From: Pseudomonadota bacterium
GTDB lineage: Bacteria > Bdellovibrionota > Bdellovibrionia > Bdellovibrionales > SG-bin7
Assembly (NCBI GenBank): GCA_034439715.1
Contig: JAWXAY010000029.1
Span: 128,001-192,000 of the forward strand
DNA: 64,000 nt
Direction of reading: 5' to 3'
Part shown: positions 49,337 to 58,994 of the stretch, piece by piece
How positions within the stretch are numbered: the stretch's first letter is position 1
Layout of the letters: each line of letters begins with the position of its first letter
Notes under the pieces: generated by a model
Databases searched by the model: none
What the model was told of the DNA's origin: nothing
Seen by the model: the letters and a program-made list of their open reading frames with translations, nothing else
Position numbers and translations under genes: made by a program

Positions 49337-50508
49337 ACTGGCGAAATCTCCAAAAAATCAGGAAAACTTTTATTTACCGCCCGAGGATCTGTAACTATCA
49401 CATTGAGTCCAGCGGCTTTGGCTACTCCTGCTGCCATTACAAGCCGGTGATCGCGATCAGGGTCGAAAATAATGGCCGCTAGGTTTTCAAAATCTAGATT
49501 TTGTTTCTTACCATAAATTATTATTCCGTCTAAAGTCTCTGTGCACTGCCGACCCATCAGTCGAATTAGCTCTGCTGTTTTTCGAATTCTATGAGATTCT
49601 TTATATGCCAGGTGGGCGGCGCCATAGAGTTGAGACTTACCTTCGGCCAAGGCACAGAGCACCGAGAGCACAGGAAACATATCAGGGCAATTCGACAAAT
49701 CCAAAGAAATAGGTAATAAGGCATCTGCCTTCTTTACTAAAAGGACGCTATCTTGAATTTCCACTCCCGCACCCATTTTTTTTAGAACTGTCACAAATTC
49801 TGAATCTGGTTGCAATCCTTCCCACGAAAAATCCCTAATGCGAGCTTGACCCGCGACGGTGGCGAGGGCCGCAACCGAGAAAGCAGAACTCATATCAAGT
49901 TCCGTGAGCGTCCAGTCCACAAATGGCTTTTGTTGAGAGGGCACGGTGATCGATTCACTCTGAATAGTAATCTTCATTCCTAATTTTTTAGCGAGCTTCA
50001 ATGACATTTGCCAATAGCCATCAGAGACGGTTTCGCCCATCCAAGAGATTTTTATACTATGATTCAACAACCAACTGTTCAATAAAAGTGAGGAGGCAAA
50101 CTGACTGGAGTTTGATCGATCAACTATGATCTCTAAGTTCTTGTCCGGCCAGTCGGTACTTTCGACAACAATTTTACCGTCAATAAAATAGATCCTGGCG
50201 CCTAGCTGGGCGAGAATATGAGCGAGCTCGGTATGAGGTCGCGTCATCAAACGCTTGCTTCCAGAAATAAAGTGGCGCCCCGGAATTCGAGATGCGCGCA
50301 AAACCAAACACCTTAGGGCCATGGCCGAGTCGCCACAATCAATGGGATCGCTATTAAAAAGTTGTTTCAATCCACTAGCCATCTTAATGACATCATCACA
50401 AGTAAAAAATGGCGACACAGATTCCTCAGTCACATAACTTTCGCATAAAGAAAGTCGCAATAAAATCGATTTAGAAGGAGGAATATGACCATCAAAATTA
50501 AAACTCAT
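49333..50508 (-). CDS. aroA: EPSP synthase
   Basis: PPSKS..R, SSQFASSLL, D.SSA, CPD, KESHRI, DHR, KSFPDF. Confidence 0.93.
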   Translation of the reverse strand: MSFNFDGHIPPSKSILLRLSLCESYVTEESVSPFFTCDDVIKMASGLKQLFNSDPIDCGDSAMALRCLVLRASRIPGRHFISGSKRLMTRPHTELAHILAQLGARIYFIDGKIVVESTDWPDKNLEIIVDRSNSSQFASSLLLNSWLLNHSIKISWMGETVSDGYWQMSLKLAKKLGMKITIQSESITVPSQQKPFVDWTLTELDMSSAFSVAALATVAGQARIRDFSWEGLQPDSEFVTVLKKMGAGVEIQDSVLLVKKADALLPISLDLSNCPDMFPVLSVLCALAEGKSQLYGAAHLAYKESHRIRKTAELIRLMGRQCTETLDGIIIYGKKQNLDFENLAAIIFDPDRDHRLVMAAGVAKAAGLNVIVTDPRAVNKSFPDFLEISPV

Positions 50509-51539
50509 GGTCCCACCAAACCCTGGCGTATGGCCTCATCACAACATGCCTTAATGGTCATTTTTTTTAACAAGGGCTTGCCAATTCCCTTAATAAAAAC
50601 AAATTCAATTTTATTGTCAGCAGTTCTCTTTTTGTCGCGCGCAATATGAGAAGCAAAAACCCCTTTTGAAATTCTTCGCGCCTTCATTTTTTTGATACCA
50701 AAAGGTCTAAACCATCGGGAATTAATTTTTTTAAAATCTGCGTCAGTCAAATATCCCAAACGTCGACTCCACTCACAGGCAAAAATCAAACCCTGAGCTA
50801 CCGCCACACCATGAGGAAGATTTAACTGAGTCTCCAGTTCATGGCCAACTGTGTGTCCTAGATTTAAAACTCTTCGTAATCCCCTGGTTTCCAGAGGATC
50901 CAAGCGGACCACTTCACACTTGGCATTTATTATTTTTTTTAGCCCACAAAATTCTTTAAATGATAATTTCTTGCGGTTTGAAATTTTCTTCCAATCCTTA
51001 GGATTTATTGTAGAATTAAGAAGGCCCATTTTCACAACCTCGCCTAAAACTTCGTTGCGTCTTTTTGCCGGCTGTGACAACAACAACTCTTTCACGACAT
51101 AAACCTTTTCTGCTGGGTAAAATGTGCCAATCTGATTTTTGGTATTTTCGACATTAAGCGCAGTCTTACCGCCATGAGCTGAATCAATCGCACTTAGCCA
51201 TGTGCTAGGAATTTGAATCAGTCTAACGCCTCTTTTCAAAATACTGGCAACAAATCCGCCAAAGTCTCCAACGCTACCACCGCCAACAACTATGACTAAT
51301 AGATCCCGTGAAAGATCTTTCGAAATTTTTAAAATATTTTCTAGATGGCGCGGCAGTTGCCTTACAGACTTAATCTTTTCTCCACCTACGACACCATAAG
51401 TGCTCGAAAAAAACTTAAGCCATTTTTTAAAAGGAGGAGAGACTTTTAAAAGTTTGCGGTCATAAATGACGAGCACTTCTCTTCCCAATTGGGTACTTTT
51501 GGGAAGCTTTTCAGTAAAGAGAACTTTAGACATCTTCAT
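50505..51539 (-). CDS. aroB: 3-dehydroquinate synthase
   Basis: GGGSVGD.GGF, DSAHGGKT, KNQIGTFY, LNLGHTVGH, HGVAV. Confidence 0.95.
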   Translation of the reverse strand: MKMSKVLFTEKLPKSTQLGREVLVIYDRKLLKVSPPFKKWLKFFSSTYGVVGGEKIKSVRQLPRHLENILKISKDLSRDLLVIVVGGGSVGDFGGFVASILKRGVRLIQIPSTWLSAIDSAHGGKTALNVENTKNQIGTFYPAEKVYVVKELLLSQPAKRRNEVLGEVVKMGLLNSTINPKDWKKISNRKKLSFKEFCGLKKIINAKCEVVRLDPLETRGLRRVLNLGHTVGHELETQLNLPHGVAVAQGLIFACEWSRRLGYLTDADFKKINSRWFRPFGIKKMKARRISKGVFASHIARDKKRTADNKIEFVFIKGIGKPLLKKMTIKACCDEAIRQGLVGP

Positions 51540-51741
51540 GGAATAGGGACCTCTTAAGAAACCTACACCGCAGAGTCAATCGGCACTTTACTATTTCAAT
51601 ATATTGAATATTTTGCGCTGCGCCATTCGGTGTCTTTGCAGTTGTGAACACGTGGCTTTTTGCCGAGAATATCTTGTAGTTTAAGGAGAGGGGGCGATTA
51701 TTAAAAAAAATCTTAAAATAGCAATTGAGACAGTAAAAGTA

Positions 51742-52128
51742 TTGGATCCGGACTCCCAACGAACACTTTTAGAAAACCTTGCACAAAAAGATGCCACTCT
51801 TGCGGAACTTATTAAGAGTAGCCTATTTACATTTGACGATATCCACAAGATTAACCACAAAAGTGTGCCCTTGCTCTTTACTGAAATTCCCGAAAAAATG
51901 TGGTGTTTGGCTCTGCGAAAAGCTAACGATGAAGTCAAACTCCATCTATTTTCAAACTTGAGTGCTAGACGGGTTGAGCAGTTTAAAGAAGCTATAGAAA
52001 ACCAAGGCTCCCAGCCACTTTCAAAGATACAAGCGGCACAAAAAGAAATTGTCGACAAGATTTTAGAACTCGAAAAAATTGGCAAAGTTTTTATCGTTCG
52101 CGGCGGCGACAAAGATCGTATGGTTTAA
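51742..52128 (+). CDS. stand-alone FliG C-terminal domain protein
   Basis: LFTFDDI, LALR, FSNLSARR, AAQKEIV..ILELE..G. Confidence 0.8.
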   Translation: MDPDSQRTLLENLAQKDATLAELIKSSLFTFDDIHKINHKSVPLLFTEIPEKMWCLALRKANDEVKLHLFSNLSARRVEQFKEAIENQGSQPLSKIQAAQKEIVDKILELEKIGKVFIVRGGDKDRMV

Positions 52129-52254
52129 TAGGTTCCCGTTGGCTAAGAACTAATAATAGTCAATGCGCCCGAGACCAGAAATACCATTACTAATAAGTTT
52201 AATGCGACGTTGTTCCAAAAATGCTTAGATCTTATTAATTTCACAATGATGACA

Positions 52255-52947
52255 TTAGCCACTATAAAGGCGCCAGTCAATAGGTTCCAAGCCATTAGCT
52301 GCTAAGTACTTGTTAGCCTTTGAAAAATGTTTGCAGCCAAAAAATCCTCGATAAGAAGACAAAGGCGATGGATGAGGTGCCGTCAGCACCATGTGCTTTT
52401 TTTTATCGATAAACTGACCCTTTTTCTGCGCGTAAGTTCCCCACAGCATAAAAACGACATGTTCCCGATTTTCGTTCAACTCACGAATTATCGTATCGGT
52501 AAATTCTTCCCAGCCGCGGCCCTGATGAGAAGCCGCTCGGCTTTTTTCTACACTTAACACTGAATTCAAAAGCAGAACTCCTTGTTCGGCCCACTTCGAA
52601 AGATTTCCATGCGGAAAATTTTCTGCCGCTAACCCCAAGTCAGAATGCATTTCTTTAAATATATTCAGGAGTGATGGGGGCGCGTCGATTCCTTTTAAAA
52701 CTGAAAAGCAAAGGCCATGCGCCTGATTCAACCCGTGATAGGGGTCTTGCCCAATAATAACTACTTTCACTTTTTCAAATGGCGTGGTGTTAAGGGCACT
52801 AAAAAACTCGGAGCCCTTAGGGTAAATAATTTTCTTTTTTTTATATTCATCATGCAAAAATTTCTTTAATTTCTGCATGTATGGCTTAGAGAACTCGGGC
52901 AAAAGTCTTTCTTTCCATGCAGCCTCGAGTTTGATACTGTCATTCAT
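52255..52947 (-). CDS. ung: uracil-DNA glycosylase
   Basis: GQDPYH, QAHGLCFSV, PPSL, LLNSVL, HPSPLS. Confidence 0.97.
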   Translation of the reverse strand: MNDSIKLEAAWKERLLPEFSKPYMQKLKKFLHDEYKKKKIIYPKGSEFFSALNTTPFEKVKVVIIGQDPYHGLNQAHGLCFSVLKGIDAPPSLLNIFKEMHSDLGLAAENFPHGNLSKWAEQGVLLLNSVLSVEKSRAASHQGRGWEEFTDTIIRELNENREHVVFMLWGTYAQKKGQFIDKKKHMVLTAPHPSPLSSYRGFFGCKHFSKANKYLAANGLEPIDWRLYSG

Positions 52948-52978
52948 AAATAGGCCAATATCATGAGTTCAAAAATAT

Positions 52979-53001
52979 TGCCAACAACCGTCTTGTTGGC
53001 A
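52979..53001. promoter_or_regulatory. inverted repeat between divergent genes (operator candidate)
   Basis: TGCCAACAA-ccgtc-TTGTTGGCA. Confidence 0.4.
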
Positions 53002-53121
53002 GATTGACGCTCAGCAAAATAAGTTGGACACCCTCTCTTTTTTACTAAGTGATAAATGAGCTTTGACTAACTCGCCCCCGAACTCTAAGTATTTTAGTTC
53101 AATCTTTATGGGGAGGGGTCC

Positions 53122-53982
53122 TTGAATAAAATTTTTTTAGCCATTCTTTTTGTGATGTCTTGTAATCCTGTTTTTGCTGTTGATGAAAGTTCTGTCGAAG
53201 CCCAAAGACTTTACTCAGAACGTGACTACTCAGCTCAAGGAGTAGCGAATGCCAAAGCGGCGGCCGAAATGTACGGTCGACTTGCGTCAGGTGCCAAAGG
53301 TAGCGAGTTATATGATTTAAAAACTGGTGAAGCAAAAGCATTTTACTTTGTAGGCAGCGCCAGCAAAACCAAAGAAGAAAAAATCGCTTTTTTTCAAATG
53401 GGAATAGACGCTTCAAAAATGGTCACGAAAGATTTTTTACCTGACCTTGCTGATGAAAAACTTGACCTTGAGGCCGAAGCAAAAAAGGTTTTAGCCAAAC
53501 ACACTCCTGCAGAAGTAGTTCAACTTGCTTTTGGACTATACTACGCCGGAATCAATTTGGGCTCTTGGGCCGAAGCTAACGGTGTAATGCAAAGTCTTAA
53601 AAAGTGGCCGGAACTCAGAAGTAATATGTTAGTCATACAACTCCTTGGTCATAAAGAGATTGCGCTGTTTGGGTCGAGCAGAGTTCTTGGACGAGCCTAC
53701 TACAAACTTCCCAAAATTGCCGGCGGCGATATGGAAAAGGCCGGCAAGTATCTGAGCGAAGCCTTTGCTGGCTCGACTAACGCTAAGGGAGTAAGCTCCA
53801 ACGGAAACAACAATATTTTTTGGGCTGAGTATTTAAATGAGATTGAAAAAGTAAATGATGCGAAACAAGTATTAAAAAACTTCATCGATTCCAATTTGAA
53901 TGATTTAGATCCAGAGGCTCTTCCAGAAAATAAAAACCTTCAGCAGATTGCTAAGGCCATATTAGATCGCTGGGAAGAATAA
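53122..53982 (+). CDS. exported helical-repeat (TPR/TatT-like) protein
   Basis: Signal peptide; RVLGRAYYKLP..AGGDMEKA.KYL pattern. Confidence 0.65.
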   Translation: MNKIFLAILFVMSCNPVFAVDESSVEAQRLYSERDYSAQGVANAKAAAEMYGRLASGAKGSELYDLKTGEAKAFYFVGSASKTKEEKIAFFQMGIDASKMVTKDFLPDLADEKLDLEAEAKKVLAKHTPAEVVQLAFGLYYAGINLGSWAEANGVMQSLKKWPELRSNMLVIQLLGHKEIALFGSSRVLGRAYYKLPKIAGGDMEKAGKYLSEAFAGSTNAKGVSSNGNNNIFWAEYLNEIEKVNDAKQVLKNFIDSNLNDLDPEALPENKNLQQIAKAILDRWEE

Positions 53983-53986
53983 ACTG

Positions 53987-55231
53987 ATGAGATACCGTCT
54001 TATAATAATATTAGCACTTCTAGGTGCACACGCTCTCGCGGATGGCTTGGGAGCGCCCACTGACTTTGAAAGTACATCTATTTTACCGAAAGGTATTCGA
54101 AACGTTAAGTTGTTGGCCTTCTCTACAGAGATCTTATCTAAATATGACTCTGGCAACAGCGTAAATTCTTTGGGAACAAAGTTTCAAAAAAACGTAACCT
54201 ATAGCGATTTGTATAAAGGGAAACCGGCCAGTGAGCAGGCTCTCAGCAAGGGCTACATGCAGTCCATGGGTATCGAAAATCCTGAAACGACCACATTTGG
54301 ATATACTACCGGTTACGCTAGCGCGCGGGTGACGGCAACAGTTCCCGTTTTTGCCTTCGGTGTCAGCGAAAAATGGACGACAGCAATTGCCATTCCCATA
54401 GTGTATACCAATACTTTTGTAGATACTGGTTTTGATGTAACTCCTGGTGGCCAGGCTTTTTTTGGTAAATTGGCTGAAGATACTAATGTGAATAAAGCTA
54501 AGGCCGGTCTGCAAAAGACTTCAAATCCGGTGGCGGCTCAGGTTGCAGCCCTGGGTTACGAGCCGCTCGTGGGTCAATCGCAAACTTCGTTAGGTGATAT
54601 TCGCTGGATTAATAAGTATTTAATTTCAAAAAATATCACTCGCTCGTTCCTGATCAAACAATTTGTAACTTTACCTACGGGAAAAGTAGCTAATCCTAAT
54701 AATCTTATGTCCCTATCCACGGGTGATGGACAATGGGATGTCGGCGCCGCCGCTGTTGCTGATTGGTATATGGCAAAAAGACTTTCGCTCACGACTCATT
54801 TGGATTATACGGCTCAGCTCCCAGATCACATTGCCAAGAGAATACCCGATTCGTCTGACAGTACTTTGTCTAGTGATACCGATTATAAAACTTATCGTAA
54901 CCTAGGTGACCTTATCGGTGGAAGTTTAGCTCTAAAATATGAACCTCTTGAAACGACTACGATTGGTTTAGGTTATTCGGTACAACATAAGTATGGAGAC
55001 AGGTACCGCGGTGGACAATATAGTCAATCGCGCTACGATTATTTGACTAGCGATACAGACCAAGACATGCGAGCGATTTTGGCTGGGATTAACTTTAGTA
55101 CAATACCTTTATTTCGAAAGAAAAGTTTTTCGGTGCCGTTAGAGGCAAAAATTAATCATACCGAAGTTATCGCTGGTCGAAATGTAGCAGCCGACTCAAT
55201 AACTGCTCTTGATGTTTCTGTTTACTTTTAA
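53987..55231 (+). CDS. putative outer-membrane beta-barrel protein
   Basis: Signal peptide, LGDI, TLPTG, GDGQWDV, amphipathic strands, terminal DVSVYF. Confidence 0.65.
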   Translation: MRYRLIIILALLGAHALADGLGAPTDFESTSILPKGIRNVKLLAFSTEILSKYDSGNSVNSLGTKFQKNVTYSDLYKGKPASEQALSKGYMQSMGIENPETTTFGYTTGYASARVTATVPVFAFGVSEKWTTAIAIPIVYTNTFVDTGFDVTPGGQAFFGKLAEDTNVNKAKAGLQKTSNPVAAQVAALGYEPLVGQSQTSLGDIRWINKYLISKNITRSFLIKQFVTLPTGKVANPNNLMSLSTGDGQWDVGAAAVADWYMAKRLSLTTHLDYTAQLPDHIAKRIPDSSDSTLSSDTDYKTYRNLGDLIGGSLALKYEPLETTTIGLGYSVQHKYGDRYRGGQYSQSRYDYLTSDTDQDMRAILAGINFSTIPLFRKKSFSVPLEAKINHTEVIAGRNVAADSITALDVSVYF

Positions 55232-55246
55232 TATTTGGGAGAAATA

Positions 55247-56239
55247 ATGAGACTGGTTTTTATTTTGTTAGCTGTTTTTTCGATTTCCTGCTCAACTAAG
55301 CTGGGTTCAGTAACTAAAAACCCACCCTTTATGCCTGAAGGCGCTCTAAAAAAACCCACGTCAGAGGTTGGCAGCCTAAACTTAAAAAACATAAACATGA
55401 TGGCAATCGGATATTCGTTTTCGGCTTTCCTTTGGCCCCTTAATCCCGTTTTTGGCCCACTAGATAAACTTGCCGAAGTAGTCGCCACGGAAAGTCGAAA
55501 GATTGATGTGCTCACAAAAGAATTTCGTGAACTTAGCAATCGGCTTGATATGGAAACCGCATATTGGACAAGTTTTCGCTGTAGCGCTGAAACTGACAAA
55601 ATGGAAAAACGTGATGAGCTCGAAGACTGTGTAGCATTAATGACAGACGTCAAAAAAGGCGCGCATGAGGCCTGTGTCTGTATTGTTTCCAACGAACCAA
55701 TACTAAAACTCAAACTCACTGGAAATGTCGATAGCCGAGATATGCTTGGCCAAAGAATTGCTAAACTAATTGAACAAGACACGGACGACAATGGCACGAA
55801 TTGGCTTTTAGGCGGCACCATTGCCGGCAGTGGTGTGGGCTCAAAAGTTTCGGTTGCGGCCGACGAAAATGGCGTATTAAAAACCACTGTTCGACTTGAG
55901 AGCTTCGGAGCAGAAGGTGCTTATTATAAATCTATCGATGTCCCCGATAACACTGAGCTAGATAAGTGCGGCCTACCAGAAGAATCCACCCCCGGTGAGT
56001 CTGGACGAATTATCTACACAAAGTACGATATTCAAACAAAGCTTTTGTCGTTCACACTTATTTCTAAAATTGAAACTGATGCTCCCGGAACTCGCTATGA
56101 GTTTGTGATGGAACGTGGTTTTGTTCCTAATGGTTCGCCCGATCTTACGCGATTTAAAGGTGACCTTCTTAAGAAAAACTGTGCGGGGCAAATTATAGGA
56201 TTTGGCTCTGCCAAGTTCGACGGGCTTTGGACATATTAG
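55247..56239 (+). CDS. hypothetical lipoprotein
   Basis: MRLVFILLAVFSISC lipobox; GGAG RBS. Confidence 0.72.
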   Translation: MRLVFILLAVFSISCSTKLGSVTKNPPFMPEGALKKPTSEVGSLNLKNINMMAIGYSFSAFLWPLNPVFGPLDKLAEVVATESRKIDVLTKEFRELSNRLDMETAYWTSFRCSAETDKMEKRDELEDCVALMTDVKKGAHEACVCIVSNEPILKLKLTGNVDSRDMLGQRIAKLIEQDTDDNGTNWLLGGTIAGSGVGSKVSVAADENGVLKTTVRLESFGAEGAYYKSIDVPDNTELDKCGLPEESTPGESGRIIYTKYDIQTKLLSFTLISKIETDAPGTRYEFVMERGFVPNGSPDLTRFKGDLLKKNCAGQIIGFGSAKFDGLWTY

Positions 56240-56359
56240 ATACCTCAAAACCATCTCATACTGAAACACCTTAAAAAATAGTGTTTTGTAACGAGGCGAA
56301 TTTAATCTGAAAATTTAATTTTGTTGGGACCTTAGTCCAGCTTGGTCTATAATGAAGAT

Positions 56360-56962
56360 GTGGATAAGAATCAGTACTTTAACCAGGCCGGCTATTCGCT
56401 GATAGACCTAATGATGGCGTCTGCGCTGTCTATTATTATTATTTCAACTTGTTACTCAATAATGTTATTTCAGTTGGAACAACTGAGGGCCGTAAAAGCT
56501 CTTTATGCACAAAGTTTAGTATTAACCCGTGTCAAATTGGCAATTACCAAACAGAACATAATTGCGAGTGCCCAGGATTCGGAGAATAAAGAATTAAAGG
56601 CATGCCTCACTGGTGTTGATGGGACAGCTTGTTCGAGTTCTAATTCTTATTTTTTCAAGTTGATTGATGGCATCCCAGTTACGGGATTACCAGACAAAGA
56701 AGTTGGCTATAACTTGGATGGACAGCCCTGTGCAATTGGAGTTACTTCAGATTGTATATTTAAATTGGGCACAACTTTTCGCGTGCAATGTCCTGATGAT
56801 CTCGCAAACCCATTCTATCATCCGCAGACATGTCCTAGTCTTCCGAGTCTACTGAATGGACTTATCGAGGTTTACTTTGAGTTTGGTGTCGTGCAAAACA
56901 AAAATGCCCCTCAGATAGTAGGGCTTAAAACAATTACCAGGTCGATAATAGTAAGAATGTAA
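56360..56962 (+). CDS. prepilin-like protein 1
   Basis: NQAG|YSLIDLMM class III-like signal; GTG 56360 preferred. Confidence 0.7.
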   Translation: MDKNQYFNQAGYSLIDLMMASALSIIIISTCYSIMLFQLEQLRAVKALYAQSLVLTRVKLAITKQNIIASAQDSENKELKACLTGVDGTACSSSNSYFFKLIDGIPVTGLPDKEVGYNLDGQPCAIGVTSDCIFKLGTTFRVQCPDDLANPFYHPQTCPSLPSLLNGLIEVYFEFGVVQNKNAPQIVGLKTITRSIIVRM

Positions 56963-56973
56963 GTGGGGAATTT

Positions 56974-57837
56974 ATGTTTTCTATAAAAAATCAAACGGGA
57001 ACTTCACTAATCAGTGTAATGCTGGCAATAGGATGCGTAGCCATAATAGTATCGGCTTCCTATACTTTTATTCTCAACTCACGAAAATCAACCGCCATGT
57101 TATTGCGCACTAATGTTAGGGATAAACTCCAAAGTACAATGAAAATGGTTATCCGTCTACCGACAGCGATAAGAGTAAGTCATGATAAACCCGGGAACGG
57201 GGCTTTGAAATCGTGCCTGAGGCCAAAGGTTGAGTTTGACCCAACAATCCTTGGGGATTGTATAAGTGGCAAAACCCAACCATTTAATCTATATGGTCCT
57301 ATGGAAAGTACGGGTGGCGGTGTGGTCGCTTCTTCAGGGATGATCGCAGGCACGCCTTCTAAGCCAGTTGAATACAATCAAATGGGAAGCGCAATTTCTG
57401 CAATTGATTCGGTGGCAATGTCAGTCACATCATGGTTTACAGCATATTGTCCTCCAAAAACATTTTTAGGCCCACCCGCGGCCTTTTGTGATGTGGCTGA
57501 GATCATTGAAGTTAGTTATAAGATTGAATCTAAGTTTCCTACTGCTCAAGGGTCAATGCCACAACTAAGAACGGTGGAAGAAAGCATTGTTTACGCTGTG
57601 AAGGGAATTTCAAATCGTCCTCCCGCAATCGACCCTTTAGTGCCACCACCACCACCCGTGACGCCACCGCCAACTGTGTCACCACCGATAGCCGGCGGAG
57701 GGCCGCCGCAGGTACCACCGGCGCCGATTGACTGTCCCGGTAACACCGTTCAAATAGGACCTGGGCAATGTGCTTGTCCTGACGGTTTGACGCTTATTAG
57801 ACCGCGCAAAGGAATCTGTGTGAGGCTTAGCATATGA
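56974..57837 (+). CDS. prepilin-like protein 2 with Pro-rich linker and Cys-rich tail
   Basis: NQTG|TSLISVML; PPPPPVTPPP; CPG..C.CP..C. Confidence 0.7.
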   Translation: MFSIKNQTGTSLISVMLAIGCVAIIVSASYTFILNSRKSTAMLLRTNVRDKLQSTMKMVIRLPTAIRVSHDKPGNGALKSCLRPKVEFDPTILGDCISGKTQPFNLYGPMESTGGGVVASSGMIAGTPSKPVEYNQMGSAISAIDSVAMSVTSWFTAYCPPKTFLGPPAAFCDVAEIIEVSYKIESKFPTAQGSMPQLRTVEESIVYAVKGISNRPPAIDPLVPPPPPVTPPPTVSPPIAGGGPPQVPPAPIDCPGNTVQIGPGQCACPDGLTLIRPRKGICVRLSI

Positions 57838-58388
57838 CTAAAAATCAAAGTGGCGGTTTACTGATGTCTCTTATGCTATTCATGATGACATTAACGATTA
57901 TCGTAACAATGGTTACAAACTTCTTTAAACTGAATCGCCAAGTTCAGGCAATTGCGCAACAGGCTCAAACTAAGTCGGTGCTAAGGGCGGACCTGACGAG
58001 GTTAGCAAAAATTGAAGCGACGCTCCGTCTCAGTAGTAGGAACGCCAGCAATGCGCAGCTGCTAAAATGTATGCTGTCTCCCAGCGGATGTACTACATCG
58101 CAGCCACAAGAATTTATTTTAGCCTCTCCTGTTAAAGGTCAGCCACCCATTGCCGGAACAACTTCGAATCCAGTTGCCTATTCTAGTACTGGTGAACGGT
58201 GTACTAAACCCAAATTTGGTTGCGAGAATTTAGCGATTTCTTTTTTTGCTGTAAATTCTGGATTCGTTCAAATTTGGTTAGTTACTCAGACTTCTAGCGA
58301 CAAGATTAAACTTAGGCCAAATCCGGATGTTGCTGTATCAGTAAATAATATTTTGAATTTAAAAACGGGTGATATCGCTTCATATTAA
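57834..58388 (+). CDS. prepilin-like protein 3
   Basis: NQSG|GLLMSLML; ATGA overlap with previous gene. Confidence 0.65.
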   Translation: MTKNQSGGLLMSLMLFMMTLTIIVTMVTNFFKLNRQVQAIAQQAQTKSVLRADLTRLAKIEATLRLSSRNASNAQLLKCMLSPSGCTTSQPQEFILASPVKGQPPIAGTTSNPVAYSSTGERCTKPKFGCENLAISFFAVNSGFVQIWLVTQTSSDKIKLRPNPDVAVSVNNILNLKTGDIASY

Positions 58389-58561
58389 GACGGTATTTAA
58401 ATAAAACTGTCTAACCTCTATCTAATAGCACTTGGCCAAATTGCTACAGCCAACAACTCAATATTTTGATATACTGTAACTAGCTGAAAATACATAATAA
58501 AGTCCGAAGTTCTTTAGTGTGCTTAAGGCTACCCGAAGTTTAACTACAAAGGGGTGAAGCT

Positions 58562-58930
58562 GTGGATAATAGAAAACTAAATTATACTATTGAGGCTTTT
58601 GAAACTGAGCCAGAACTTAAGGCCCACATCTTTCAACTGGTAGCTGAAATCGAACCTTATTTGCTGCCAGGTTCGCATGTAGCCGTGTTTATTAACAGTA
58701 AGCCGTCAAACGAAGGTGAGCAGTTTTCAATAACGTTGTCCCTAACGTCTGATGGCGCACGCATAGAAGCTAAGGGATTCTCAGAAAACGTGTTCGATGC
58801 TGCAACTGAGGCTAAGAACGCCTTAATGAGAAAATTTGACAGCATTCAGGACTCAGTTGTTAATCCCCAGGAGCGCGAGAACGAAATTAAGAGCATTGTC
58901 AAAAACAAGGGCAGCCACATTTTACACTGA
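58562..58930 (+). CDS. HPF/RaiA-like ribosome-associated protein
   Basis: IEAKGFSENVFDAATEAKNALMRK resembles HPF C-terminal helix. Confidence 0.6.
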   Translation: MDNRKLNYTIEAFETEPELKAHIFQLVAEIEPYLLPGSHVAVFINSKPSNEGEQFSITLSLTSDGARIEAKGFSENVFDAATEAKNALMRKFDSIQDSVVNPQERENEIKSIVKNKGSHILH

Positions 58931-58994
58931 TATTGCGAAGTGTTCTACTGTGCCCTATTGACTCGGGTTCAACCTTTGCTATAGAAACCTACCT

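Noticed and set aside
55228..55887. 219-aa minus-strand ORF
   Set aside because: Antisense to a lipoprotein gene; Ser-rich shadow composition
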